A stretch of 64,000 nt of DNA from Octopus bimaculoides (Eukaryota), in the NCBI RefSeq assembly GCF_001194135.2, contig NC_068992.1:10704337-10768336 (forward strand). Reading direction: 5' to 3'. The notes below the pieces were generated by a model. The model saw only the letters and a list, made by a program, of their open reading frames with translations, searched no databases and was not told where the DNA came from. Made by a program: the position numbers and the translations under genes. This document shows, piece after piece, positions 63,992 to 64,000 of this stretch (its first letter is position 1; each line of letters starts with the position of its first letter).

Positions 63992-64000
63992 GTATGTATA

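Noticed and set aside
1-64000. CRISPR arrays, rRNA genes, bona fide tRNA genes and prokaryote-type operons or terminators
   Set aside because: None seen; the tRNA-like segments are SINE heads that continue into SINE bodies and lack a complete cloverleaf.

Overview
AT-rich, microsatellite-saturated animal DNA from a draft assembly with 11 N-gaps. Composition and repeat families point to a coleoid cephalopod, probably Octopus; this is an inference and was not database-checked. No intact protein-coding gene is recognisable, and most ORF-track entries are translations of (TA)n, (CA)n, (TAT)n tracts or N-gaps. The window is dominated by transposable elements: several tRNA-derived SINE-like families, 3' ends of RTE-type LINEs, and decayed coding remnants of Gypsy (gag knuckle-protease-RT, plus a separate integrase), Helitron (Rep-Hel linker and PIF1-type helicase), three Tc1/mariner elements including a TA-flanked DD37D/maT-type deletion derivative, R4/Dong-like RLE LINEs, a Penelope-like GIY-YIG endonuclease, and MITEs (a TTAA piggyBac-type one and a long-TIR foldback). 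The most notable signal is six type I hammerhead-ribozyme-like motifs from about five repeat families. These include a non-canonical core (CUGUUGAA) in a short dispersed element and a motif in the centre of a 100-bp-TIR foldback element. Several near-perfect hairpins and three weak candidate host exons are also reported. Repeat boundaries are approximate unless termini are quoted.
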